DNA from: Eledone cirrhosa
Lineage: Eukaryota
Direction of reading: 5' to 3'
NCBI GenBank assembly: GCA_964016885.1
Contig: OZ024741.1
Location: forward strand, 124,868,001-124,932,000
DNA: 64,000 nt
The translations under genes and the position numbers were made by a program. Below the pieces are notes generated by a model. It had not been told where the DNA came from. It ran no database searches and saw only the letters and a list, made by a program, of their open reading frames with translations. Within the stretch, counting starts at the first letter, position 1. Each line of letters starts with the position of its first letter. Of the stretch, positions 1-14,206 are shown piece after piece.

Positions 1-381
1 TTATCTAGAAAATTGCAATGTTTTGTCATTTTAAAATAATTGAAACTGATATAATATTTCCACGGTGAAGCTTATTTTGTCACTTCCTGGAGAGATTCGA
101 CGATAAATCAAGGAATTATAACAGACCGTGATATATGTTTATGTTATTCAATAGTCGAAGATTGTATTCGCATTTAGTCGGCTTCAGCGGAAATCTATTT
201 ATCGTTCATCGTTTGATATTTGAAGTAATTTAGAAACAGACACTGAAAAGTGATATACAAAGATATTCCGCCAAACCGAGATGCATAACTGATATACTGT
301 ATTTGTGGTAGGTATAAATGTATGAAAAAAAAAGATATATATATATGTATACGTCAAGGGTGAAAGCACCGATTTTTTGCT

Positions 382-444
<63 letters not shown>

Positions 445-458
445 CTTATATATATATG

Positions 459-632
<174 letters not shown>

Positions 633-800
633 GTGAGAGAGAGAAAGAGAGAGAGATTAAAGAGTTAAACAAGATTCAATGAGTATATCAAAGAATGAGT
701 TTTACAGTAGATTGGAAGCATTCTACGGGAAATAATATTCCAGACTTATTAATATTAAAATACAAATATTAATAAAATAGATGTTCTTTTGATCAATTAC

Positions 801-853
801 ATTTTATTATACATATTTCGGATGTACAACAGTACGTCCTCATCAGACAAAAT
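801..853 (-). ncRNA. Type I hammerhead ribozyme motif (inverted copy of 920-972)
   Basis: Reverse complement of 920-972. Confidence 0.8.
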
Positions 854-919
854 ATAATGATACATGACATACCCTGAGATGTTAAATGGTTAAGATTTAA
901 TCAAGGTAGTACCTTGAAT

Positions 920-972
920 ATTTTGTCTGATGAGGACGTACTGTTGTACATCCGAAATATGTATAATAAAAT
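920..972 (+). ncRNA. Type I hammerhead ribozyme motif
   Basis: Reads ATTTTGT-CTGATGA-GGACGTAC-tgtt-GTACATCC-GAAAT-atgt-ATA-ATAAAAT. The core is intact, stem I is 7 bp, stem II has one mismatch and the cleavage triplet is AUA. Confidence 0.85.
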
Positions 973-1012
973 GTAATTGATCAAAAGAACATCTATTTTA
1001 TTAATATTTGTA

Positions 1013-1081
<69 letters not shown>

Positions 1082-1381
1082 AACCCAAGAAGCTAGATTT
1101 ACCATCTTTCTAGTGGGTCCGGGTAAGCTTCTTACATTCATATGATTTATTGATTTATTGATATTTTATCTGAGTGACCCGAATCTTCCTGATCGTAATT
1201 TTTCGGTCGTATGGGTGATTTTAGACATAATCTTTGTGTGTTGGTATTTTAACGATAGTTATAGCTCTAATTTATCTGAATTATTGAGCCCTCTGCCACT
1301 CATGTCGAATTTGTTTATCGTGAACTCGTGAGCCGATTTTTCGATACTCGATTATTCTACTATATATATATATATATATAT

Positions 1382-2263
<882 letters not shown>

Positions 2264-3224
2264 TATATATATTTGTGTACGTGTCTATGTATGTATAAAT
2301 ATGTATATTGCTGTGACTCGATTTCGAGTAACACCATCACTTCGTACTTAAGCACGTGGATTTTGCTATTTTAAAAGAAAATGGTTTTCAGAATATGGAT
2401 AATTATTATTTATTTAAATATGGGGAAAATCTTTTTCTGTTAACGAAAGTTGTTTGTGTGTTCATGTTGTTGTGATTGTGGTGCTGTCTTATTTTCTTAC
2501 TGCAGCAACTTGACAGGAATCTATTTCGTTGGTTAGTGGTCACAGAAGAATGTAGATATATATCAGAAGAGCTATAAGACTCTTAAATTAATTTCAATCC
2601 GATCAGCGTATTTTGGAATTTATAAATGATGATGTGATAATGAACAGGTTAGCTAATCAGTTTACACTTAATTAACATCTAGTGTCACCTGATATAGACG
2701 GTAATGGCTGATACTGACATCCAGTGCAATTACTGTTAATTTCTGTAAAAATCATGACAGAGTCTGATTGCATTAGGTGTCAGAGCATGGATATTCCAAC
2801 TCACTCACATGAATTTTCCAAGCCACCAAATTTTAATGAGGTTACGAACACAAATATAACAGAGAAAAAAATCAAATTAAAATAAATCAACTTAAAACTT
2901 AAAGGATTTATATGCTACAGGCAGACGTTGCAGATAATTCAAAGCAACGCAGATTCTTTTTTATCAATTGAAAACATGTAAGAAATAAATTCTTCATTTT
3001 ATTCCAGTTAATATTATTATTTGATTTGTAAAGATTCCCTGACAATTAATTTTCATTAAATTACTTTTTTTTAATTATTCTTTTATATCGGGAAATCTAA
3101 TTAAATTTTCCACTAACAATGGCTTGGTGAGATGGCCGTAATGGTTGCTCTTTTAACATAATGCTATAAGACGGTTACTCCTACTTTGCGAATTTACATT
3201 ATAACGTCAGTCCAATATGTGATG

Positions 3225-3254
<30 letters not shown>

Positions 3255-3257
<3 letters not shown>

Positions 3258-3972
3258 AAAACTTGGACGGGAACAAAAACAGAGAGGCAGTACAAATAAA
3301 AGTTTATTAGGTTCACGCTCTTCAGAGTGGTGGGGTGGGGAACGACGTTTCGTCGCATAAGGCCTTCATCAGGAGAAAAGTGGGTAGGAAGAGAGTTCCG
3401 AGGGTGTGTGGGGGAGTGATGGGAAGACATTTAGAAAAAATGGGGGGGGGGGATAAAAGGGATGAAAAACGGTGGAAGGGGTACAAATGAAAATAAAAAT
3501 AAACATAAAGATAAACAAGTGGGGGAAGGGTGTGAGGCGTGTAGGGGTGGTGGCGGTTGGAGTTGGGAGACGGAGGCGGGGGTCCGAGCGGGGAGGGCTG
3601 AAAGTGGTGTTTGTGTATGTGTGTAGGTGTGGATTCCGGAGGCTGAGTGTGTATATGTGGGGGCAAGCACGTGTACGTTTGTATTTATACGTGGTGTGGA
3701 TGTAGATGGCGTGGTTCGAAAGAAAACTGTGAGTGTATGTCCGTGGGTAAGTTCCTAAGGTAGTTCCGTCGAGTGTGCGATGAGTGGTGGATATTTTTCA
3801 TGTTATGGAGTGGATAGCTGGAACGATGACCGGTGGTGTGGAATCCATTGGTTGTGGTGGTCGGATGTGGAGAGAAATGGGGTGTGCGCGTAACAGGAAG
3901 TGTTCAGAGGATCAAGGCAGGGTGAAGTGATAGCAGTAGAGGAGGATGACAGGTGGAGAAAAGGTCAGTGTG

Positions 3973-3975
<3 letters not shown>
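3255..3975 (-). mobile_element. Decayed PLE-related terminal element between (TA)n tracts, related to 46070-46960
   Basis: Shares several blocks with 46070-46960 (ccttcatcaggaga, tccgagcgggaggg, ggggtgtgcgc..aacaggaag). A decayed HHR core lies at 3341-3372 (CTGATGAAGGCC..GAAACGTCGTT). Confidence 0.6.
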
Positions 3976-4023
<48 letters not shown>

Positions 4024-4460
4024 AGAAAAAAAGGAAAATCCGCTTCGTATAAGAAAATACTCTTCGTAGAATCAAGACGTATTTGAGAACCTTGCGATTT
4101 TCAGAGTCAGGTTCGATCATCAAATCGATCGTCGTGCCTCGCCAGAAAAACGAATGTAATATGTCCAATAAATTCCATTCGTCGCAACACTGATTCCCTT
4201 TTTTTCTGTGATATCATAGTCTGCTCTATGAGAGCATCGAGTGCTCATACGGCGTACCGCATACGGACGCTTTAAGCATCCAACACCAATTAAATATATA
4301 TTTACACGGGTCCGGGTATATTTTTCAATCATATTTTATTATTTGTTTGACTCGAATAGCTCGCTCGCTTCTATAGCTTTGCGGCTAATGGTGTGTTTGG
4401 CCTATTAACGTATGTTTATGAGTTCACTCGTTTCTATTGAGCGCTTGCTACACATTTCGG

Positions 4461-4992
4461 AAAATTGATTGACATATATATATATATCTAAAATAAACAC
4501 ATAAAACAATCACAGGGGATAATTTGTAAAGTGTGTAAGCACACACAGCTAGGTAGGTAACTAACTAATTAAAGTTTAACTAGAACTTTAAAATGATTAA
4601 TCTTCCTTGTATATATTTCATTAAAGAAATATATTTCACCATTAATCCGTAAACTCACAGTAGTCAAAGCCGTATCTTCAGCAAGGGAGAAGATTTAACT
4701 ATCTGTGTTTACACATCAAATGCAAATCTGCGAATGACCGTCGCACGTGTTGCATTTATAAAACTACACACATCTCGTACCAGCGGGATTTGACTACTGT
4801 GAGATTACGGATTAATGGTGAAATATATTTCTTTAATGAAATATATACAAAGAAGATTAATCATTTTAAAGTTCTAGTTAAACTTTAATTAGTTACCTAC
4901 CGAGCTGTGTGTGCTTACACACTTTACAAATTATCCCCTGTGATTGTTTCATGTGTTTATTTAGGTATTTATGTATATAAGTCAATCAATTT
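4461..4992. mobile_element. Fold-back element: ~205-bp inverted arms (4461-4668 / 4789-4992), with a decayed HHR at 4605-4686 (-)
   Basis: The arms are reverse-complementary with few mismatches. The minus strand reads CCTTG-CTGAAGA...GAAAT-AT-ATA-CAAGG, giving a 5-bp stem I but a poor stem II. (TA)n follows at 4998. Confidence 0.7.
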
Positions 4993-4993
4993 C

Positions 4994-5081
<88 letters not shown>

Positions 5082-5234
5082 GTACTGGAGTACCCATGCC
5101 CCGTTGGGTCACTTTCACATTAATATATATATATATGTATGCGTGTGTATGTGTATGTATGTGTGCGGGTGTATGTGAACTATATACACTAATCACAGAC
5201 ACACACACATATACACATACGCACATATATATGT

Positions 5235-5333
<99 letters not shown>

Positions 5334-5548
5334 TATATATATATACACATATACATACAAACATAGACATCCTTCCTATTTAGCAGGAAATATTCGCTAC
5401 ACACATCCTAGATATGACTAAATATTTATCCAAATTTTGCCTAGATACAGTAATGCTGTATTCGATTCTTTGAAGGCACCTATTATAATTTCATTCAGCT
5501 CTCTATATATATATATGTGTGTGTGTGTGCGTGTGTGAGTGTGTGAGT

Positions 5549-5609
<61 letters not shown>

Positions 5610-5630
5610 AACACTCACACACACACACAT

Positions 5631-5671
<41 letters not shown>

Positions 5672-5672
<1 letters not shown>

Positions 5673-5900
5673 AAATGGGAAAAATGAAACGAAATTTCAT
5701 TTCTCACTCTTAGTACAGCTGTTACTTAAATATAAGTATGTATACGTACATACATATATGTATACAGACGTACAGTAGTATGTATATATATACATACATG
5801 CACACATAAATCCATACGTACATATATATATGCGTGCCTGTATGTATATATATGCATACTACTGTACGTCTGTATACATATATGTACGTATACATACTTA
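5672..5900. repeat. Dispersed TA-associated repeat (second copy at 55224-55365) with an internal palindrome at 5729-5900
   Basis: gaaaaatgaaacga.atttcatttc.cactcttagtac.gctgttacttaaatataagtatg occurs at both loci. Confidence 0.75.
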
Positions 5901-6448
5901 TATATATATATATATATATATATATAAGTATGTATACGTATATATATAAGTATGTATACGTACATATATATACGTACATATATGTACTTTATTAACAAAT
6001 ACGGACCCCGTCTAAACACTTCTCCCTAAGACGAACCCACAACATACACACGTCAACATACATACCTACATCAGCATACATCCTACATACATCTCTATTC
6101 ACATATAAACACAATGACATACGTAACCACACATGTTCTATGGTGCAACACAAATATACACAAATTTGCATACCTTTTGATGTCTATAGATATAAACGTG
6201 CCGACACACACACATACACATACGCACACATGCATTACACACTGATGGTCACATACATATTTGTACACAAGTATTCCAATACGGCAAGGCCTAATGGATT
6301 CCCCTTGCAGTACGTACAATCTGGACACTCACACACACCTTCAACACACACCGCCAATACTATATATCATTTAACACCTTTTATTATTAAGGTTTTTGAT
6401 GTTCTATTGAGAGAATCGTTTTTACTGAAAATATCGAATAATGTACAC

Positions 6449-6486
<38 letters not shown>

Positions 6487-6921
6487 CACACACACATACA
6501 CACGCGTACATTAAGATACAAAGAGTCATATATACACACACACACACTTCTCCGTATAAGACAAGAGCTCAAAAATATCTTTTAACATGTTAAAATATCC
6601 CCCACACACGTACAGACACATTCCTACTGACCGACCCGACCCCTCTACCACGAATTACTCTGCTATACACACACACACACACACACACTTGTCTTAATAG
6701 GCATTTGAACTGTCAGCAGGCTGCGGTTCGCACACACATCCCTGCTGACCATTATCACAACAACGAACCTCTTTACTACTACACACACCGACGAATCAAA
6801 ATTGTTTTGACCACAAGAATTTTTTCATACATCTGGAGCCACTTTTTTTACATAAAACAGGTAGAATTTCCAAAACTAATCAGATTAGAGCAAACATCAC
6901 GGGCGCTCTATCTCAAAATTA

Positions 6922-6957
6922 TTTTTGAAAAGCATTAGAAATGCGCAACCGGTAAAA
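6922..6957 (+). ncRNA. Variant (U3-A8) minimal hammerhead-like motif, decayed
   Basis: Reads TTT-TTGAAAA-GCATT-aga-AATGC-GCAAC-CG-GTA-AAA. Relatives lie at 40526-40563 and 43588-43623. Confidence 0.5.
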
Positions 6958-7087
6958 CTTAAAACCAATACTATTACTAATTTTTACATATTCCTAATTC
7001 AACTATTTTTCACTGGGAACAATTTGTCAGCATTTTCTTTTCCTTTTACCAATATATCATAACTCGTGTGTTACACCTCTATTCTTT

Positions 7088-7162
<75 letters not shown>

Positions 7163-7330
7163 TATCGGAGAAAGCTTTTTAGCGATACTCCGGCCAAATT
7201 CTAACTCACTCAACAAACATTAGGAAATAAATGAGTATATTCCTAATTAAGCGTTCGGGGTGCTAACTAAATGTATTGCGTGGCAAATTGGCTGTATTAT
7301 TTCATATGAGACATATCGAATATATCTCTT

Positions 7331-7457
7331 CCCAGACGGCCGTCTCGTTTCATTATAGGATTCCTACAATTTGGGTGAAATTATACCAATTTATGTAGGA
7401 GCTTGTATACCATCAATATATATATATTCAAGTGGGCTCCTATAATTCATCAGTGGG
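7331..7457 (-). ncRNA. Type I hammerhead motif with very long stem II
   Basis: Reads CCCA-CTGATGA-ATTATAGGA-(~80 nt)-TCCTATAAT-GAAACG-agacggc-CGTC-TGGG. All three stems pair and the triplet is GUC. Confidence 0.8.
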
Positions 7458-7770
7458 TGCCCCAATAATACTAATATTGATAATCTAACCAACATCAGTA
7501 TTTAGCCATAATCATCATCAGTGTCTGAGGTATCTGTTAGGTTGCTAGTCCAGCAGTTCTACAGAAATACTCAAACTGATTCAAAAATGAGGAAATAAAT
7601 TACCGCCAAAAAAACAATACATGCGCATGACAATGAACTCTAAAAGGAATTCAGGCCACGTGCTAGAACACAATTGGAACTTGAAAAAATATCTGTGTGT
7701 ACAACGTTTGATGACACGCAGATATTTTCTCGGGCAAAATAACAGAATGAGATATAAGAAACAATCAATA

Positions 7771-7830
<60 letters not shown>

Positions 7831-8024
7831 TTAGTTAAGCAAAAGAAGACCACAAATTTCACAAGGGAGACATTATTAAAAGATTGTCAACATAGTTTTA
7901 GTTTAATGTAAAGAATGTAGAGAATAATAATAATAATAATATTAATAATGTCCGTTTACAATTGTTTCGCTACTCCATATGATGTTTCTGGATCAAATGA
8001 TTATAGATCATTATTGATCTGGTT

Positions 8025-8106
8025 CATCCTTACGGGGTCGATAAAATAAAGTACCAGTAATGTACTGGGTAGTTGCTGGCCTTGTGCCAATAGTAGAAAC
8101 AATTAT
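8025..8106 (+). mobile_element. SINE 3' fragment (family of 27612-27803)
   Basis: ttcatccttacggggtcgataaaataaagtaccagt..gctggccttgtgccaa..gtagaaacaattatt. Confidence 0.8.
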
Positions 8107-8687
8107 TGATCTGGTTCAGTTGAAGATAATTAACTTAGGTAAAATTAGAGCAGCTCATCGGAACTTCAAAAGGAATATAAATTAAAATATAGAAAGAATG
8201 TTACATGAATGTAATGTTCCATATATTGGTATTTCACTATGGTGTCCTGGGTATATCTATTGTCTGCCATAGTTGAGCAATATTCTTCTGTCGAGGCTGC
8301 ATCGTGTGAGATCTGCCTATGGGTAACTAATGAATATTTCCAGCTCTGTGCACCTAACCTCTGCATGAACCCAGTTACCTAGCTGCCTTGCGCTGCATAT
8401 TGCACATTGAGCACATGCCATTACGCTTTGGCTTCTAACTAATTCACCAATCTCTCTTCTCTTCTCCTATCTCCTCTCCTATCTCCTCTCCTATCTCCAT
8501 CTCTCTCTTTAAGATTGTGGTTACTCTTGAACTGTGTATATATATATATATGTTCGATCACCTGTGACACGTTGGGTCACGTTAACTTAAGAATATTTTT
8601 TTTAAATCATGTTCAATTAAAAATAATTTTGAAACAGTTAAAATATACACCAATATGTATATAATGCAAAATGAAATTAGAAGGCCC

Positions 8688-8753
<66 letters not shown>

Positions 8754-8936
8754 TGTGATATATAATATTACTTCAATATCGGTACATATTCTTTAAACAG
8801 CTTTTAGGTATTTGGTGTTTAACCGATCATATGGACCACAGTACTTCTTTTTTCAAGTCTGATACTTCCCTCTTGTCTTGTGTGTGTACACACTAACACA
8901 CACGCACACACACAAACACACGCACACACACACACA

Positions 8937-9020
<84 letters not shown>

Positions 9021-9028
9021 CACTCACT

Positions 9029-9070
<42 letters not shown>

Positions 9071-9071
9071 A

Positions 9072-9106
<35 letters not shown>

Positions 9107-9424
9107 TGCGTGTGTGTGTAGAAAGAGAAAACGTCATATATCGTTTGAGAAACAGTATTTTGAGTATATATATATATACAAAGCAAACAATATTCAGGAA
9201 AAAACATTTAGAAGGTGGAAAAAGTCATATCTTCATTACAGTGCAGTTTCATAGTCCAAATACCGAAGCGAACGATAGAGCTAAGTAATTAATTATCGAT
9301 TACCAACTATCGATTTTGGTAAAGCAACAAAAGACAAGGATCTGACCATCAGAGGATTTGTCATTATATACATCCCACACTACAAAATACCTTTATATTT
9401 GTCGAAAGAGAGAATTTGTTTATA

Positions 9425-9752
9425 TATATATATAGTAAAATAAAGCAAGGACAATTGGTTACTCCTTCATTACGTTTATTGGTTGGTGACGCGCGTTTCG
9501 CCACTGATCAGCTCAAGTTTCGATCTGTATCGATCTAGCCCGTCTCTGTAATCTACGGCCCATCAGAGCCCTTATAATGGTAATGAAAACATTTTCATTA
9601 CCATTGTAAGGGATCTGACGAGCCGTGGATTTCAGAGTCGGGTTAGATCTATACAGATCGAACCTTTAGCTGATCAGTGGCGAAACGCGCGTCACCAACC
9701 AATAAACGTAATGAAGGAGTAACCAATTGTCCTTGCTTTATTTTACTATAAT
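9425..9752. mobile_element. Spacer-less ~330-bp palindrome carrying a long-stem-II hammerhead (9615-9693 +, decayed copy on -)
   Basis: The symmetry centre is at about 9590. The plus strand reads CTGACGA-GCC-(~55 nt)-GGC-GAAAC-GCGC-GTC with an imperfect stem I. Short TA runs flank both ends. Confidence 0.8.
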
Positions 9753-10395
9753 ACACTCTGCCTAGCTCTACACCTCGACACAGAAGTGAACCTAAACATC
9801 AAGTTACCAATACGTATTTAATATATATGATGATATTTTGTCTCAATAAATAAGCTCAATTAACCTTGGTTCGGAGCATCAATAACTCAAGTTAAAAGAT
9901 ATATGTAAAGAGAGAAAGAAGCATATATCGTTTAAGAACCACACAGTATTTTGTACTCATATACAAAGAAAATAATATTCATGAAAATACACGTACATTA
10001 AAGTGAAAAAGTCATATCTTTCTAATGGCGCTGTTTCATAGGCTGTTAAAGCTTTTTTTGTCCCTATGTGAAGTAGAGATTTAAACAAATTTATATTTTG
10101 ATGGAGGGTGTTAACAGGCATGGAGTTGAGCTCAATGGCATAGAGAACTCAGTCGGAATTTGAGAGGTACAGATTTCAATATTCTAGAGGCTGTTGGTCA
10201 GCGTTTTCCTTTTATAAGGTGTATTTTATCATTTAGTCTAAGCTATTATTTTATATCAGCGTACGGTGTTTGCAGTTATCTTATGTGATCGAGATTATAA
10301 ACACACATACCCATGCACACACACATACACACACACACACACATGTATATATATATATATGTGTGTATATGGACACACATACATACACACACACT

Positions 10396-10433
<38 letters not shown>

Positions 10434-10439
<6 letters not shown>

Positions 10440-11027
10440 AAATCAAGGGAAAGCAAATAAAGAAAACATTTTAAAATAAATTTCAAAACATTCACTGTAC
10501 TTACTATATGTGCCTTTACCGCCGTTTCAGATCCCCAAACAAATAGATAATCCAAGCGGATTTCCATTGATAAAGAGATCCTCGTCAGAAGGCTTTTCAC
10601 TCTCAGAGAATATAAAATTCCCGAGTTCAAATTACAAACTGGCGCCATACAAAACTGCCCCAGCAAATGAATGATGAAACAATTTTGTCTAGTACCGTGT
10701 GTAAAGACTGAAAGCAAGGTGGACAGGTCAATCTCTTGCTACTAAAAATAGCAGCCGTTCAAATGACCAAAGGTTTCTCTACCGTTAGGGAGAATAATAA
10801 TAACAAAAATATGTGTTCCTACATGTCAATAATACACATAGGGATACAAGTATAGTCCGACCGTACAGTGAATTTTTTGAAATTTATTTTTAAATGTTTT
10901 CTTTATTTGCTTGCCCTTGATTTTATATGCTCTGGCGTGTTAATTTATTAACTTGTCATTGAACCACACTGGCATACGGTGGGACTATACGTGTATCCCT
11001 ATTTACATGTAGGAACACATATTGTTT

Positions 11028-11032
<5 letters not shown>
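10434..11032 (-). mobile_element. Retrozyme-like element: ~479-bp monomer plus an inverted arm spanning the end-to-start junction
   Basis: The reverse complement of 10863-11032 equals a copy of 10797-10865, then ~47 novel nt, then a copy of 10434-10500. The element has one HHR and (TA)n on both sides. Confidence 0.75.
10512..10593 (-). ncRNA. Type I hammerhead motif with extended stem II
   Basis: Reads GCCTT-CTGACGA-GGATCTC-(~40 nt)-GGGATCT-GAAAC-ggcg-GTA-AAGGC. Confidence 0.85.
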
Positions 11033-11064
<32 letters not shown>

Positions 11065-11224
11065 ATGCATGACACGTTATCCTACATGAGACATACCTCA
11101 GTCGTCTTGTAGAAAGTAACTGGAGATAGATGATTCAGTAGCACATACGTATGAATGTTTTTTAATTTACGTCATCTCATTATTTTAACATTACTCCATT
11201 TTGCGTTGCTACAATGGAGTCTGT

Positions 11225-11489
11225 GCTACTTACTGTACGGGTCTGAGACTTGGACACTAGCGAAGAAACTCACTCAGGTGGTGGATGGATGCTACACAAA
11301 AATGCTGGGGATTGCTCTAAATATTAAGAACTCAGAGCTGTACGAGAGCCTTCCAAAAGTCAGCTCCAAAGTAACACAGAGGTGATTGAGGTTAGCTGGA
11401 CATGCTCACCGTCATTCTGAGTTGACACTGCACTCAGTGCTCCTGTGGGATCCCCTACACGGACACACTAGAAGAGGGAGACTGAGATT

Positions 11490-11490
<1 letters not shown>
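11225..11490 (+). pseudogene. RTE-like non-LTR retrotransposon ORF C-terminal fragment
   Basis: LLYGSETWTL...DGCYTKML..ALNI...ELY..LP...QR*LRLAGH..RH...VLLW.P.HG..RRGR is typical of the post-RT region of RTE-clade LINEs. It contains an in-frame stop. Confidence 0.75.
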
Positions 11491-12348
<858 letters not shown>

Positions 12349-12659
12349 GGAATGTTTGACCCCGATGGCAGAGCTCTGCCGGTAAGGAACCAGATGGACC
12401 ATAACGCAGCAGAGTACTCAATACTTAGTGTAGTAGAGTGGGTAATAGGAAAGTGTGTGACCCCGACGGCAGAGCTCTGCTTATGTGGTTGATAGCTTCT
12501 TAACCGCTGTCTCAGTTTCTATGGCCTTTATAACATGTTTATTGCTCTGGCCACTTTTGGTCCATGGAGCGCTTGCCAGTATAAGTCGGAAATTGCGTTT
12601 CGCTTATTTTCTACTCGCCGAAATACGATTCCCGCTAATTTTATATTTATACACACACA

Positions 12660-12782
<123 letters not shown>

Positions 12783-12837
12783 AATAAAATAAATAAGTCA
12801 AGTGTTTAAAATTTGGCTTCGTTTATTACTGCTATAT

Positions 12838-12888
12838 TGCTATATATATTTCGGTGACAGCCTTCTTTGGCTGTGACCTCTTCAGGCA
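12838..12888 (-). ncRNA. PLE terminal hammerhead (left arm)
   Basis: Reads TGC-CTGAAGA-GGTCACAGCC-aaagaa-GGCTGTCACC-GAAAT-atat-ATA-GCA. Confidence 0.85.
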
Positions 12889-14206
12889 GTTCCGAATTAG
12901 TGTGGTAGAGACAAGTACACATGTTGTTGAGGTGTTTAACTTTGTCAATACTCTGATATGCCCAGTTCCTGGTTGGGTTGTTATTTCACTGAGGAACTGG
13001 AATCATATGAATTTAAACAAACGAATTTCAGCGTCAAAGGGCCTCTTCTCCTCTCATTGGTCAGTTGTTAGAACATTCCTCAGTCAAAAGTCTATAGAAA
13101 TTCGTTCTGAGGCAAGCCAATCTGTAGTGGTTGTTCTTGTTATTGTTAGGTACATCTGAACTCTATACTTATGTTGGTAGTGGTGTTGGTGTTAGAGTCA
13201 GCTAAAAAAAATGATAAAGTGGTAGAAAGAATAAGATGGTAAAGGAACAAAATAAAATAATCGAATAAAATGTTTGTTATACCCATCTCAATGTTATAAA
13301 GATTTGTAAGGTCACTCTTCTCATTGGTCAGTTTTGAGAGCATTCCTCAGTCAAAAGTCTATAGAAATTCTTTCTGTGGTGAGGCTCCCTGTAGTGTTTG
13401 TGTCTGCTATTGTTAAGTACATCTGTCCTCTACCCATATTTTGGTAGTGTTGTTGGTGTTATGGTCAGCCTATGTCTTGCTGCTTCTGACATTTAGAAGT
13501 ATCTGTGTGTGTGTTTCTTTATCCCTCCTGCCACCATCTCCCGTGGTGGTGGTGGTGGGGAGGGGGGGTCAGTTCTGCCATGTATATGAAGAAATAGAAG
13601 GCGATAAAATGAAGAAAACAGAAAATAAATAATAAATAGAGAATAAATGAAAAATTAATGAAAAAGTAATGAAAAATGAAAATGAAAAATGAAAAATGGA
13701 AAATGGAAATGAAAAGTGAAAAATAAAAATGAAGATTCAAATAAAATAAAATGTGTGTGTGCTATAACCAATCTCAAGGTCAGAAATATGTTGGATAAAG
13801 TGGTAGGAGGAACAAGATGGTAAAAGAATAAAACGAAATAGGATAATCAAATAAAATGTGTGTGTTATATTCAATCTCAACTTAAATATAAATATGAGGT
13901 GATAAAGTGAAGAAAACAGAAAACAAATAACAAATGAATAATGAAAAATCAAAAATGAAAGATCCAGTAAAATAAAATTTGTGTGTGTTATAAAGATGTT
14001 GGCCAAATTGTAAAGGCTGTGTCAGAATCAATCTCTAGGCTATCATGGTGTCTGCTCAGTCTGGGTTGGTCCCTATGGCTTGGGGGAGTTCCCAACCTAT
14101 GGTGTTGTTACTGCCCATATAGCTTGAGGGAGGTCTGGCCGAGAGGTGTCTACATGTTCTGGAGAAGTCCCTATAGCTTGAGGGGAGTTCACATCTTATT
14201 GTGTTG

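Larger units (their letters stand above)
752..1021. mobile_element. Fold-back element: ~104-bp inverted arms (752-855 / 918-1021), each with a hammerhead, abutting (TA)n
   Basis: The arms are reverse complements by eye, and the right arm runs straight into the (TA)n tract at 1021. Confidence 0.85.

Noticed and set aside
12854-13159. 101-aa ORF duplicated identically at 18592-18897
   Set aside because: It is antisense to the PLE 3' terminal region and overlaps the HHR. The identity reflects the inverted duplication.
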